DNA from: Candidatus Bathyarchaeota archaeon
GTDB taxonomy: Archaea > Thermoproteota > Bathyarchaeia > Bathyarchaeales > Bathycorpusculaceae
Assembly: GCA_963833575.1 (NCBI GenBank)
Contig: CAWHXY010000007.1
Coordinates: forward strand, 96,001 to 160,000
DNA: 64,000 nt
Reading direction: 5' to 3'
Each line of letters opens with the position of its first letter. Within the stretch, counting starts at the first letter, position 1. The notes below the pieces were generated by a model. The model had not been told where the DNA came from, did no database searches, and saw only the letters and a program-made list of their open reading frames with translations. Of this stretch, positions 28,169-39,366 are shown in pieces. The position numbers were made by a program, and so were the translations under genes.

Positions 28169-30736
28169 ATGAAAAACAGAAAAATTATACTATCTCTAAT
28201 TCTTATGATAGTGCTAAGTATGTCAATGATGATGCAAATTCCTCATACTGTACATGCGGCATCTACGCTTAATGTGACAGACTATTTGTATGTCAGCGCT
28301 GGGCCTAGTCCTGTAGGCGTTGGACAAACCATATACCTTAACCTCTTCTTCACTAAGCCTATACCCACAGTCAGCGGTTTCGTTTCTACATTGTACACTG
28401 GTATGTCAATCAATGTTATCAAGCCAGATGGAACTAATGAAACTCTCGGACCTTACACGGCTGATACTACGGGCGGTGTTGGAGGACTTTCATTCGCACC
28501 TGCTACAGTTGGAAACTATACTTTCCAAGGAATATTTCCGGGGCAAAATATAGGGACCGATGCTACGGGCACGACCTATATTATGGATGCTTCCAATAGC
28601 CCTCCTGTTTCAGTTGTCGTTCAACAAGGGCAAATATCGTATAATTCTGGCTCTCCGCTCCCAACAAACTACTGGACACGCCCAATATACGCATCGAACT
28701 TTTACTGGCAAACTATTGGTGGAAACTGGTACGGTTTAGGAAGACCCGCCTTCGACAACACTGGTGGATACGATGGAACTGGAAACAACTTCCAACAATA
28801 CAGCACTGCGCCAACTACTGCTCACATACTTTGGACTAAGGCAACAACAACCGGAGGTCAACCTGGCGGCGAAACTATCGCTAATGAAGAGAATGCTTAC
28901 TCAACAGCATCCCCGCTCTACCACCTATTTGAACCAATAATTCTCAATGGAGTACTTTATGAAAACTTGTGGGCAGCTCAAACCGATAACGCAGGCATTA
29001 TTGCAATAAATCTACGCACCGGACAAACATTGTGGGATCAGAACACTTCTGACGTCTTAATTTATGGTCAAGTTGTAAATTTCCACAACAATGAAGAATT
29101 TGGCTCTCAAGCATTTCTATGGACATCGCATTTAGCCGGCTATGACGGCATGGGTATGTTTGGCCCAAATGCAGTCTACGATTATAATATATTGGATCCA
29201 GTGACTGGAAATCAGATGGCTACCGTAACCGATGTTCCCAGCAGTATAGCTAATCTTTTCGGAACATCACCAAGTGCACTTATAGATTCCAATGAAACCA
29301 ATACCTCAGGAGCAATTCTAATCTACTATTTAGGCGACAGCAATAATCTAATAATGTGGAACTCAACCCTATGCCTTAGTCCAGCCGGCGGATTTGGATC
29401 ACCCACGGGCTCTTACAAGCCATCAGGATCCTACAACTTTACAGCAGGCATACAATGGTCAATCACGCTTCCTAACGCAAACCCAGCATTTGGCATCGCT
29501 GAGATGAATAATCAAGCAATACTTTTGAGTTCACATCCACCGACACTTTCTACGTTTGCCGACCAATTTGGCGCTGATTTTGCAACTGATGTGGCCTATG
29601 ATCCTGCTACTGGCGCTAAGCTTTGGGGACCAACTAACCAGACGACAACGAACTTTGATGACGTTGGAATAGTTGCTGTAGGAGATGGTGCATACGTCAG
29701 ACATGACAAAGACACAAATCAACTCTATGGCTACTCACTGACAACTGGCCAACTGCTCTGGGGACCAACACAACTCGTAGGAAACGCTTTGACCCATCTT
29801 TTCGCTTCTGCTGCTATAGCTTACGGTAGAGTTTACATTTGGGACTTCGGCGGCTACGTAAATGCTGTTGATCTCAAAACTGGAAAACTCGACTGGACCT
29901 ACACTCGCGGATCAGCAGGTTATGACACACCCTACGGCATATATCCAATCTGGGTCTACGGAACACAAACCATTGCTAACGGAATGCTGTTCCTCTCTGA
30001 AGGTCGACTATATGATCCACCGCTGTTTCCAGGCGGAGAAAAACTCGCGATAAACTGCACTGATGGTTCACTTGTCTGGGCAATAAGCGGAGCATTCATG
30101 AGATCGCCAAGCCCTGTTGCTGATGGAGAACTGCTTGGATTTAACGGCTACGACAGTCAAATATACGCTTTCGGCACTGGACCAACAAGAGTTGCGGTCA
30201 ATGCACCTGATCCTGTTACGTCTGTAGGTTCGCCTATGATCTTACGCGGCACAGTCACTGACATCTCCAGCGGCTCACAACAAGAAGCAGTTGCAGCAAA
30301 CTTCCCTAACGGGTTACCATGCGTTTCTGACGCTAGTATGACTTCATTTATGGAAGCCGTTTACGAACAGCAGCCAATGCCAACCAACATTACAGGTGTT
30401 CCTGTTACGGTAAGTGTTACTGACTCGAATGGAAACTGCTACAGCATAGGCACTACTTCAACTGATCCAAGCGGCATGTTTACGCTAACTTGGGTACCTA
30501 CAATCTCAGGTAACTATACCGTAACCGCATCGTTTGCAGGCACACAATCGTATTATTCATCTTCCGCGGAAACATCCTTCTATGCTATTGCTGCTCACCC
30601 AGACACTGCTGCTCCAACAGCTACACCTGTCTCAATTGCTGACCAATACTTCATCCCGCTGTCAATCGCAATGATTCTCGTAATAATCATAATTGGCGCC
30701 ATACTTGCAGTACTGTTGCTAAGAAAACGACCATAA
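28169..30736 (+). CDS. PQQ-like beta-propeller repeat cell-surface protein
   Basis: Signal peptide, PSPVGVGQ, Trp-docking repeats, C-terminal TM and RKRP; paralog of 1..2763. Confidence 0.88.
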   Translation: MKNRKIILSLILMIVLSMSMMMQIPHTVHAASTLNVTDYLYVSAGPSPVGVGQTIYLNLFFTKPIPTVSGFVSTLYTGMSINVIKPDGTNETLGPYTADTTGGVGGLSFAPATVGNYTFQGIFPGQNIGTDATGTTYIMDASNSPPVSVVVQQGQISYNSGSPLPTNYWTRPIYASNFYWQTIGGNWYGLGRPAFDNTGGYDGTGNNFQQYSTAPTTAHILWTKATTTGGQPGGETIANEENAYSTASPLYHLFEPIILNGVLYENLWAAQTDNAGIIAINLRTGQTLWDQNTSDVLIYGQVVNFHNNEEFGSQAFLWTSHLAGYDGMGMFGPNAVYDYNILDPVTGNQMATVTDVPSSIANLFGTSPSALIDSNETNTSGAILIYYLGDSNNLIMWNSTLCLSPAGGFGSPTGSYKPSGSYNFTAGIQWSITLPNANPAFGIAEMNNQAILLSSHPPTLSTFADQFGADFATDVAYDPATGAKLWGPTNQTTTNFDDVGIVAVGDGAYVRHDKDTNQLYGYSLTTGQLLWGPTQLVGNALTHLFASAAIAYGRVYIWDFGGYVNAVDLKTGKLDWTYTRGSAGYDTPYGIYPIWVYGTQTIANGMLFLSEGRLYDPPLFPGGEKLAINCTDGSLVWAISGAFMRSPSPVADGELLGFNGYDSQIYAFGTGPTRVAVNAPDPVTSVGSPMILRGTVTDISSGSQQEAVAANFPNGLPCVSDASMTSFMEAVYEQQPMPTNITGVPVTVSVTDSNGNCYSIGTTSTDPSGMFTLTWVPTISGNYTVTASFAGTQSYYSSSAETSFYAIAAHPDTAAPTATPVSIADQYFIPLSIAMILVIIIIGAILAVLLLRKRP

Positions 30737-30839
30737 TAATCAACACACAAAATAATTTACTCTCTTTTTCTTTTTTTTAGTTTTCAACTCAAAAAATATC
30801 AAGTCTAAAACGCTCAATCTTTCCTTTTCCAAGTTTTTT

Positions 30840-31358
30840 AACCATTTGCATAGATGGTAATGTTGACTTTACATGGAAAACTCCCATGTTCTTTGTTAAG
30901 CTGGCCGATAGTTTGTGTTGTGAATTGATAAGTGCTCTATATTGCAGCTTCACAACTGATAAATCAGTTAAAACCTGATATGATTCAGGTTTGAAATGAG
31001 CAAAAATTCAGAAATTCCTTGTTCTACATGTCATAAATGGAATCAAAAAACGAATAGTTTCTCGTGTAACCCACATAAATGTCAACAGCTTTCTGAGTGG
31101 CTTGTTATCTACACAAAAATAAGGCCCATCGAAGCAATACAGGTCATACCGCCTCAAATTCAATACATCGTTTAGAAATAATTTGTTAAAACCCTAATTC
31201 TCCTTTGTTATTACAAGTCAAGTATGATTAAGGCAAACAAGGTTTTTGTTTGGAAATACAAAATATTATAGATGCCCGCCGAGGATACCTGCTACTATTG
31301 AAATAATGAAGAGCAAAATAATGCCAATAACTAAGATTTTTTTTGTTGAAGACTTCAT
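30840..31358 (-). pseudogene. Possible decayed secreted-protein gene
   Basis: MKSSTKKILVIGIILLFIISIVAGILGG signal anchor followed by a stop-riddled region, inside an otherwise empty 870-bp gap. Confidence 0.35.
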
Positions 31359-31608
31359 TGAAACTGGTTCTTCCTGAGGTTTCTAAATAAGACATGTTCC
31401 TCATTTGGTTATGGGTTTTATGAATTTAGAACATAGATTAAGCGTCTTAGATTTCTTTGTTTAATCTATAATATCTGATAGCACAAGACTTGAGTCGCAA
31501 ATGTGAAACCCTAATTTACCTCTAACTCCGTACAATAGCTTGCAATGCATAGTAATTCTTAAAAGGCTACAGACATTCATTTACTCTATTCGTGAGGAAG
31601 AGAGATAA

Positions 31609-33219
31609 TTGGCTTCAGCTTCAGGCATAAAAATAGTTCTTACCGCATCAGCAACAGAAATGAGTGATTTTTTCAACAATCCCTTCATCGCCTTCGTAGC
31701 TGGCTTCGCAAGAGGTCCTGTTCCCTTAACATTCGTTAGGAAAACTCTCTATCCCCCAGTTGAACGAAAGCCAGACGGTAGAGCAAGGTTTGCACCTTAC
31801 GGCTTAAGAAAAGTAGAAGCAATGTTGCTGGAGAACGGCTTTACAGAGAAAGAAGTGGCAGTAGTTCACCCTGAAGATCTTGAAGATTTCATTGGGCCAG
31901 AAACGAAAGTAGTTGGTATTTCTTCAATGGATCCAACAGGCATGGGTTACGTTAGCAAAACTTATTCCTCAATAATTGGCGGCGGCGAACCTATGAACGC
32001 TGTTGAATTTCAAAAATTAGTCACTCATCCTAACATCAAGAAGTTTAGGCCGAAAATTATTGTTGGTGGGTTTGGTGCTTGGCAGCTTGAACGTAAACAT
32101 GTGTCTGACGGTTACGGTGTAGATTGCGTGCTTCTCGGTGGAAGACCGGAACCGATAGTTAATATTTTCAAGAAGGCAGTAAATGGCGAAGCGCTTCCAC
32201 GGATTGTTAAAGCTGACGAATCAATCAGCAACTGGGATTACAACGCTTTAATGCCGCTAACTAAACACGCGGGTATTCATGGTGCTGTTGAGATTTCAAA
32301 GGGGTGTGGAAGAAACTGTCAGTTCTGTACACCCACAATGCAGCACAAAATAGATGTGCCAATGGAAAAAATCATGAAAGAAGTCGCATTAACCACGGCT
32401 GAAGGCAGCAACCACGTAACATTAGTCACAGAAGATCTCTTCCTATATGGTACAAAAGATAAACAGTTTATTCCAAACAAAGATGCCGTCGTAAACCTCG
32501 TGAGGAGCGTCGCTAAATATCCAGGAGTTAAAAGCATTCAAGCATCCCACATGTCTTTGGCTCCAGCAGTTCATAATCCCCAAATGGTAAAAGAGCTTGC
32601 AGAAATACTCATAGAACGCAGCTGGTACTCATTTGGCAAAAAGGCAATTATTACAGCCGAGACAGGAATTGAAACGGGCAGCCCGAGATTAATGAAGAAG
32701 TACATGGCTGGCAAAATGTTGCCTTTTAAGCCCGAACAATGGCAAGAAGTTGTCGAACAAGCCTTCGGAATATTTAACGATAATGAGTGGTATCCACTTG
32801 CAACATTGATTATCGGACTTCCAGACGAGAAAGAAGAGGACATATTGCAAACGCTTGAACTAATGGACAAGCTCAAAAGCTACAACGCATTTTACGTACC
32901 CTTGTTCTTTGTACCCTTAGAGAACTGTGTACTAATGAACAAAAAAGGCGCTGAAATGGATTCTTTATCAAAAGCGCGATGGGACTTTTTCATAAAATGC
33001 TGGGAATACAACATTAAGATCTGGAAACCAACATTTCTCGAAAACCGTATCCCAAACCCATTTGTCTACAAAGCGATTGATCAATTTGTGATTCCTTACG
33101 TCGGCAGGGTAGCGGGTTTCTACTATGGTTTGACTCGCGGCGAGCAATTAAAGCAAGCTTTCTGGACTCTAAGTATGTCTCAGCCCGCAACAGTTAGAGC
33201 TAAACAAAAATCAAGTTAA
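31609..33219 (+). CDS. B12-binding-like / radical SAM protein
   Basis: APYGLRKVEA, GISSMDP, IIVGG, CGRNCQFC, GIETGS. Confidence 0.9.
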   Translation: MASASGIKIVLTASATEMSDFFNNPFIAFVAGFARGPVPLTFVRKTLYPPVERKPDGRARFAPYGLRKVEAMLLENGFTEKEVAVVHPEDLEDFIGPETKVVGISSMDPTGMGYVSKTYSSIIGGGEPMNAVEFQKLVTHPNIKKFRPKIIVGGFGAWQLERKHVSDGYGVDCVLLGGRPEPIVNIFKKAVNGEALPRIVKADESISNWDYNALMPLTKHAGIHGAVEISKGCGRNCQFCTPTMQHKIDVPMEKIMKEVALTTAEGSNHVTLVTEDLFLYGTKDKQFIPNKDAVVNLVRSVAKYPGVKSIQASHMSLAPAVHNPQMVKELAEILIERSWYSFGKKAIITAETGIETGSPRLMKKYMAGKMLPFKPEQWQEVVEQAFGIFNDNEWYPLATLIIGLPDEKEEDILQTLELMDKLKSYNAFYVPLFFVPLENCVLMNKKGAEMDSLSKARWDFFIKCWEYNIKIWKPTFLENRIPNPFVYKAIDQFVIPYVGRVAGFYYGLTRGEQLKQAFWTLSMSQPATVRAKQKSS

Positions 33220-34071
33220 TTCAGCAGTTTCTTCATCTGCTGTCTCTTGTTTTTCTTCTGTCTCATCTGCAGTTGGTTCTGTAGCAAGTTGCGGTAGCTT
33301 GAGAATTTTTCTTGCATGAGTAATGTACCCTGTATGGCCAGTCATTAATGTTTGAGGTCTGGTTTTTCCTCGTTCCACTTGCATTGCTCTCATCATGCAT
33401 TCGATTGTTTCGATGAAAACAAAGTTGTTCTCTCTTAATGCTTCTGTTGTTTTTACTACCTGGTCAATTGTGGGGCTAAACGAAACTAGGATACCTGAAG
33501 GTCTAAGCGCCTCGTATGCGTGAGGTACTACAAGCCATGGGACAGCCAAATCCAAGATCACAGCATCTACGTCTCTCTCTTCAATGCCCAATGTTACGTC
33601 GCCACTTTTCATCTCGACGTGATTTATTAGTTTTGAGCGTTCGAGATTTTTTGCCGCATTCTTTTGGAATTCACTGCGTAACTCATAAGTGTAAACTTTA
33701 CCTGTTGGGCCAACATAGTGTGCTAGAGCTGTAGTTAATGAGCCTGTTCCTGTTCCTGATTCCACCACGCGACTTCCTGGTCCGATTCCACTGAACATAA
33801 CGATTAAGGCAGCATCCTTAGGGTAAATAATCTGTGTGTTCCGTGAAGATTTCATAATATAATCTGTTAATGAAGGTTTGAGGGTGGTGAAGTAAATGCC
33901 TAGGCTACTTTTGATGGGCTCCCCGTATTCTTTACCGATTAATTCGTCGAGTTTGAGGTAGCCCTTGTGAGTGTGAAATGTTTGTCCTGCCTGCATTTTT
34001 ATCATGTAGGTTCGGCGTGCATCTAGGTAAATCAGGACATAGTCGCCTTCGGATATTTTTTGGTTAGCCAA
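33211..34071 (-). CDS. trmI: tRNA (adenine-57/58-N1) methyltransferase
   Basis: TQIIYPKD, ESGTGTGSL, LDLAVPW, SPTIDQV, GHTGY. Confidence 0.95.
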   Translation of the reverse strand: MANQKISEGDYVLIYLDARRTYMIKMQAGQTFHTHKGYLKLDELIGKEYGEPIKSSLGIYFTTLKPSLTDYIMKSSRNTQIIYPKDAALIVMFSGIGPGSRVVESGTGTGSLTTALAHYVGPTGKVYTYELRSEFQKNAAKNLERSKLINHVEMKSGDVTLGIEERDVDAVILDLAVPWLVVPHAYEALRPSGILVSFSPTIDQVVKTTEALRENNFVFIETIECMMRAMQVERGKTRPQTLMTGHTGYITHARKILKLPQLATEPTADETEEKQETADEETAELT

Positions 34072-34292
34072 CTGATTATGCCTCTTTTGGAAGTGAAAAT
34101 GCAGGTTGTGTCATTTAAGCTTTGAATTGCTGCTTTAAATATTAATTCAAAATTTCTCTGCTTGAACCCTAAAAATACTGTTTCCCTGGTATTCGAAGAA
34201 AAACTGGGAAAATGCACAATTCTTCTTTCAATTAATTTGGAAGGAAGTTGTGAAATAGACAGAGAAATAAGGCGAATAGAACCGTGCAGTTG

Positions 34293-34577
34293 CTATTTTT
34301 TTGTATTGTTCTCGTATTCTTCTACCATGTTTTTAACTTTCTTTTCAAGTTGCCGTTCATAAACATGTTCTGGAATGAGCGGCGGCAGAGTTTTCTTCTT
34401 ATGCAGATCAGCTATCGCAACAATTCGTCTCTCGCCAGTTTTAACCTTAGTATTTTTGCCATCCACGATATCGTCAAAGTCTTCCTGAGCTTCCACAATC
34501 CAGTAACCTTCAGCTTGTGTGACTGCTTTAACTTCATATAAACCCTTATAGTAGTAAAATTCGCTCATAAAAATCAC
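34293..34577 (-). CDS. Hypothetical protein
   Basis: 94-aa ORF co-oriented with its neighbours. Confidence 0.7.
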   Translation of the reverse strand: MIFMSEFYYYKGLYEVKAVTQAEGYWIVEAQEDFDDIVDGKNTKVKTGERRIVAIADLHKKKTLPPLIPEHVYERQLEKKVKNMVEEYENNTKK

Positions 34578-34731
34578 TGAATAACTATTATTTCTAAAGT
34601 AAATAAATACTCTCTTGCGTGAAGGGCTACAGCCGATATTCTTTACTTTTTTATAATTTTAACTCGGTTGTCAAAATTGCCTTCAAGTTTCCCAAACAAT
34701 TAAGGTTGTCTTGATCGTTGCTATTACTTGG

Positions 34732-36429
34732 TCACTTCAATGCTTCAGTTTTTTTGCAGACATTTGAAATAACGGAAATAATCGTGAACATGGTAAATAT
34801 GCTAAATATCCTGGTATACTTGGAAAGCCCTGCTTTTTGTACGACCTCGACTTTTCCGCCAGCCTTCAAATAACCGTTTATGAATGCTTTAGCAATCGCT
34901 TCAGCTTTAGCTTTTCCGTAAAGCGGTTGAATGTAGTGACCGGAGTAATACAGAAACACTGCTACATCCCAGGCTTTGTCGCCGCCTTTTGTGGCTTGCT
35001 CAAAATCAATCATATAAATTGTCCCGTCTTTTTTAACCAACATGTTTTCTGGTTTAGTATCTCCCAGTGCGATATCGCAAGAATGAACGTTAGCCATTGT
35101 TTCGCCTGCTTTGCCTAATTCAGCGAGTTCCTCTTCAAAGGTTTGGCCTTTTTTAGCTGTAGATATTCGTTTTATAGCTTGAGTAAGATTCTCTCCGTCG
35201 ATGTACTCCATGAAAACTAAGCGTTCAGCGTTACTTACATGCAAGATTTTTGGTACATGAAACCCTTTGTTATACAGAAACTCGTTTATTGCACATTCTT
35301 TTGCAAATCTAGCTTGAGCAGCTATGGCATACGGTCTTGCACTAAGGGACCAAACCGTAAGCGGAAACCATTTGAATCCAGACCAGTCTTTAAAGCGTTT
35401 TGCCAGCACCTTTGTTTCGTTGCCGTTTCCTTGTACATTGATCAGGTAAACATCATTTAGCATTCCGCCGATAGGTTTGACGTCAATGTCTGCGCTTTTA
35501 TCTTTCAAAAGCATCTTTTGAGCGTAACCCTTAATGTCAATTTTATCAGACAATGAAAGCAAACCTGTAGATGTCTGAAAGAAAATATATTTTTGAGGAT
35601 CAACAAAGAAGTACGGTTGATCTGGCTGCTTTATCCAATTAATTTTCTGGGTCCTAAGGAACGCCTCAGTATTCTGTGAAAAAATGTTAACTAGCTGAGG
35701 AAAGGTCCCGAAAATTGATGAGAATAATCGTCTGGGAGCATTTTTTGATAAATTAACGATTTTAATTCTGGGGTCTTGACATTGTTTCAAAATTTTTTCT
35801 GATATTTTCACATAATCATTTAGCAAGAAAACTTTTTCTTCAGTTTCAAGCTGCTTTAGAGCTTCATTATAAGGACGTAGAAATTCGGCTTCATTTAACT
35901 GTACTCCATTTACCAAGCTAGATGTGTCATAAGTGAGCAATGGGAAAATTCGGATCCTACTGAAAAGTATCTCATAGAGGAAATATTGCGGTTTAATTTG
36001 CATTCTATAAGTAAGCTCTGGAAAATTTGATGCCAAGTTTTCTATCAATTCAAGAATTAGACGTTTTTTTAGGCTTACTTCTTTTTTATGTAAATACTCT
36101 TCGCCATCAAGTGCAGAGTGTGGAAAAATGAGTTTGCTTGCGATAGCTTCTCCTAAAAGGCCTATTTCGATATCTCGCTCAAAAACCCATTGGTCAACCG
36201 CAAAAATGAAAATGGTTTTTTCGTTTACTGTTTTTATGTAACTCAATATTCTTGCTGGAAATGGGTTGATTACAAGCATGATGTTAATTATTGTCTTGTC
36301 GTTAATTGATTTCATTGTATTATTGTCAACATGAGCTATCGCTATGATGTTTGAGGAGCCAGCGATATGTCTGCAAAAATCAAGTATCTGGGTATTTAAT
36401 TCATTGTCTTTGATGATGATTTGTTTCAA
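34732..36429 (-). CDS. Atypical kinase (Kdo/Bud32/RIO-like C-terminal domain) with a long N-terminal domain
   Basis: GGMLN, LAKRF, VFMEYIDG, GDTKPENML, IDFE. Confidence 0.82.
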   Translation of the reverse strand: MKQIIIKDNELNTQILDFCRHIAGSSNIIAIAHVDNNTMKSINDKTIINIMLVINPFPARILSYIKTVNEKTIFIFAVDQWVFERDIEIGLLGEAIASKLIFPHSALDGEEYLHKKEVSLKKRLILELIENLASNFPELTYRMQIKPQYFLYEILFSRIRIFPLLTYDTSSLVNGVQLNEAEFLRPYNEALKQLETEEKVFLLNDYVKISEKILKQCQDPRIKIVNLSKNAPRRLFSSIFGTFPQLVNIFSQNTEAFLRTQKINWIKQPDQPYFFVDPQKYIFFQTSTGLLSLSDKIDIKGYAQKMLLKDKSADIDVKPIGGMLNDVYLINVQGNGNETKVLAKRFKDWSGFKWFPLTVWSLSARPYAIAAQARFAKECAINEFLYNKGFHVPKILHVSNAERLVFMEYIDGENLTQAIKRISTAKKGQTFEEELAELGKAGETMANVHSCDIALGDTKPENMLVKKDGTIYMIDFEQATKGGDKAWDVAVFLYYSGHYIQPLYGKAKAEAIAKAFINGYLKAGGKVEVVQKAGLSKYTRIFSIFTMFTIISVISNVCKKTEALK

Positions 36430-36533
36430 CTAGACACCGAAACTTTAGCTAATATAGAATTAACATGTTGGTATATTTAAAACGCGGTTCCAAGAACCAG
36501 AATTTCTCAAAAATTTTAGTTAAAATTAGGGTA

Positions 36534-36553
36534 GACGGCTCTTTTGAGCCGCC
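36534..36553 (-). terminator. GC hairpin downstream of the PadR gene
   Basis: CGGCTC-TTTT-GAGCCG stem. Confidence 0.5.
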
Positions 36554-36566
36554 GCAAGTTTTTTGC

Positions 36567-36998
36567 TTAGCTGATTAATGGTAAGTGACTTGTTGAAGTG
36601 TTTCTGCTTTTATTGGTCATTATGGTCATTGGTGGCTGAGTTGATGTTTCACTCGTTAATCCTGAGTTTGTTGATGATATTTTTCTGCAGATCAGGTTTA
36701 ACGATTCTTCGGTGAAGCTGAGCATGTTTTGCCCATTGCTTGTTAGGCTGTACATTTTCCTTGGTCTCTCGCTGTTCATGTTCCATTGGCTTTTTACAAA
36801 GCCTTTCTTTTCAAGGGTGCCTAACAAGGGGTAAATTGTGCTGGGGCCGAAATATACGCCGAAGTTTTTGCGAATTTTTGTTATAACTTGATAGCCATGC
36901 ATTGGTTGGGCGCTTAGGAATTGTAATATTATGAGGTCTAGCAAACCTTTCATAAGTTTATTTGAAACTTCTTTTTGTGAGTTTACCGTTCTTAACAT
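36567..36998 (-). CDS. PadR-family regulator
   Basis: KGLLDLIIL...PMHGYQV...STIYPLL...RKMYSLTSNG; start taken at ATG 36998. Confidence 0.92.
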   Translation of the reverse strand: MLRTVNSQKEVSNKLMKGLLDLIILQFLSAQPMHGYQVITKIRKNFGVYFGPSTIYPLLGTLEKKGFVKSQWNMNSERPRKMYSLTSNGQNMLSFTEESLNLICRKISSTNSGLTSETSTQPPMTIMTNKSRNTSTSHLPLIS

Positions 36999-37225
36999 TT
37001 TTGTTATTCCCCTGTATTTTTGTTGAACAGTCTTTCTGTTCTGCTTGTGTACAATATGTCCTTTATCGGACACATTTCTTATCTTGAGTATTGAATATTA
37101 ATACACGCTCATATAAAGCTTCATACATACCGTAAGCATATAAAAACATAGCCAGTCATATCAGCATCAGGAAAAGTTAACGCAACATAAATTAATCTAA
37201 ACATCAACCATTCACAAATAACCGT

Positions 37226-37570
37226 TTGCAGGAAAAAACAATGCCTGAAACCTACCGAAAAGAAATTGTACAACACATAATCAGAAACTTACTAGATATC
37301 AAACTGTTGCGCATCGTACAATCCCAACCCACATGGGGATACAAAATCAAAAAACAAATAGAAACAGATTTCAATCTGAAATTGAGACATGGCGCCCTAT
37401 ACCCCGCACTAAACATTCTTGAAAAAAAGGGCTTCCTTGAATGTAAAAAACAAAAGAAAGGCAAACGAGCCCGAAAAGTGTATACAATAACAGAAAACGG
37501 AAAAATCTATCTGCAAACCTACTACGACATAATAAAAGAACTTCTTGAAGAAAAAACCCAATCACCCTGA
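37226..37570 (+). CDS. PadR-family regulator, divergent from the previous gene
   Basis: PTWGYKI...GALYPAL...RKVYTITENG. Confidence 0.92.
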   Translation: MQEKTMPETYRKEIVQHIIRNLLDIKLLRIVQSQPTWGYKIKKQIETDFNLKLRHGALYPALNILEKKGFLECKKQKKGKRARKVYTITENGKIYLQTYYDIIKELLEEKTQSP

Positions 37571-37725
37571 GTTTGCATTCATTTTAGCTTTAGGGTAAAT
37601 AGTAATTTAAGAAAGTTTTAGCTCTCATTCATTTGGACTAAACCGTTGCAGTTAAATAAACGATAGAGAAGCATGAAAAAGCTTTTATTCTTAATACGCT
37701 GACAGAAAAACAGAGGAAAATTCAA

Positions 37726-38391
37726 ATGACAATTGAATCAAACAAAATTCTAGGCGGCGTAGGCGCACTATTAATGTTTGTTGGCATATTTCCATACATC
37801 GACAGTTTTGGGATCGTCGAACTTATTGGGGCAATACTTGTTCTAGTCGCACTACATGGTTTCGCCAGCTTCTACAAAGAAAATGGAATCTTCAGCAATG
37901 CACTTTACGGGATAATCGCCGGCATAGTTGGTGTGGTAGTTGCGGCGGCAGTTGGAATTGCAATCGTTCTGCCAAAGCTTCAAGATTTCTTGACAAAGCT
38001 TGGATATACTTGGAACGGCAACTTATCAACCCTTTCATCTCTTTCAGGACAGACACCAAACACCAGCAACATCAATTTTTCAGACGTTGTACCTTTCATA
38101 ACAGCAGCCATTGTGATTTTCGTTATTATATGGGTATTTGCAATAATCACAACTTTCCTTGTAAGGCGTTCACTTAGACAACTTTCAGCAAAAACAAATG
38201 TAGGCTTATTCTCAACTACAGGATTACTACTATTGATAGGCGCAGTACTGATCATAGCGTTTGGGTTAGGCCTCATTTTAATGTGGATAGCTACGTTAAT
38301 TTTGGCAATCGCCTTCTTCACAATGAAACCACAAGAAGCCCAACCACCCCAAATGGCAACAACGACTTCTCCAACGCCGACACCAGTTTAA
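37726..38391 (+). CDS. DUF996-like membrane protein
   Basis: KILGGVGALL, IGAILVLVAL, LFSTTGLL, LAIAFF pattern. Confidence 0.85.
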   Translation: MTIESNKILGGVGALLMFVGIFPYIDSFGIVELIGAILVLVALHGFASFYKENGIFSNALYGIIAGIVGVVVAAAVGIAIVLPKLQDFLTKLGYTWNGNLSTLSSLSGQTPNTSNINFSDVVPFITAAIVIFVIIWVFAIITTFLVRRSLRQLSAKTNVGLFSTTGLLLLIGAVLIIAFGLGLILMWIATLILAIAFFTMKPQEAQPPQMATTTSPTPTPV

Positions 38392-38991
38392 CCAATAAAC
38401 AATATTTTTCCTTTTTTTATTTTTAAGAATTTTTAGACAGTTTTATGTTCGGGGAACGTAGATTTCTAAATTATTGTACATTGAATGATTGATTGTAATT
38501 TTGAAGTTGTGGTGGCATTTTTTACAGTTGTAGGCTTCAATAGTAAAACTGTAGTTAGTTAGTGTCCTAGAAGGTTTGTCAACTTCTTTGCCACAACTAG
38601 GACAATGAACCATTAGTATCAATCTTCTCTTGGATAAAATAAGAATATGAATGTTATGAACTCAAAATATGCAATAACGGTATCTAATTACTTCACATTC
38701 TAACGCAAATGAGATTCTATTACGATAAATAATTGCTAACGCTTTTAGCGCTTATCCAAAGATAGGTTGTTCTTGAAAGCTCTTTTTCTTATAAAGTATA
38801 TTATAGAACTGATCAACAGTCATACTTTCTTGCTTGGTTTGCTGACATGTTTAACAAGAACAGAGTTCTTGGGCGCGAAAAGTGGTGCTCTGCACGAAAG
38901 ATGTTCGCTATTTGAGGTGTTTTTGCGCCTACTTTGACCCATATTGTGCTAATATTTATATGCAAAACTAACAAGATTAAACTCGACTAAA

Positions 38992-39366
38992 ATGGACAAA
39001 TTCTCAATTATCGATTGTGTGATTTACTGGGATACAAGAAAAGAAATCACGAAGCAAGCAAAGGAAGCAATAATCCGAGATCTGAAGGGATTGTCCGCTA
39101 CTATCGAAAGGGCACTTCTATATTTGAAGGACACAGCGCTTGATAAGAAATTCCCAGAACTCAGGTTTCCTCTTGGAGATAGCTGGGAGTATAAGGTGTT
39201 TCTGCATATTTTCGACGGACCAGACCCTCTTTATTACCGCCTCTGTATACAGAAATCCAATACAGACGAGACTGTAGCAGAGTTAGTGAGTGAAAAAAAT
39301 CACATCTCCTCTTACGTTTTAGAAGGTGCTCGCGTCGGTTTTTTTGAAAGCGAGGTTATTAAATAA
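38992..39366 (+). CDS. Hypothetical protein
   Basis: 124-aa ORF with no recognised motif. Confidence 0.55.
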   Translation: MDKFSIIDCVIYWDTRKEITKQAKEAIIRDLKGLSATIERALLYLKDTALDKKFPELRFPLGDSWEYKVFLHIFDGPDPLYYRLCIQKSNTDETVAELVSEKNHISSYVLEGARVGFFESEVIK

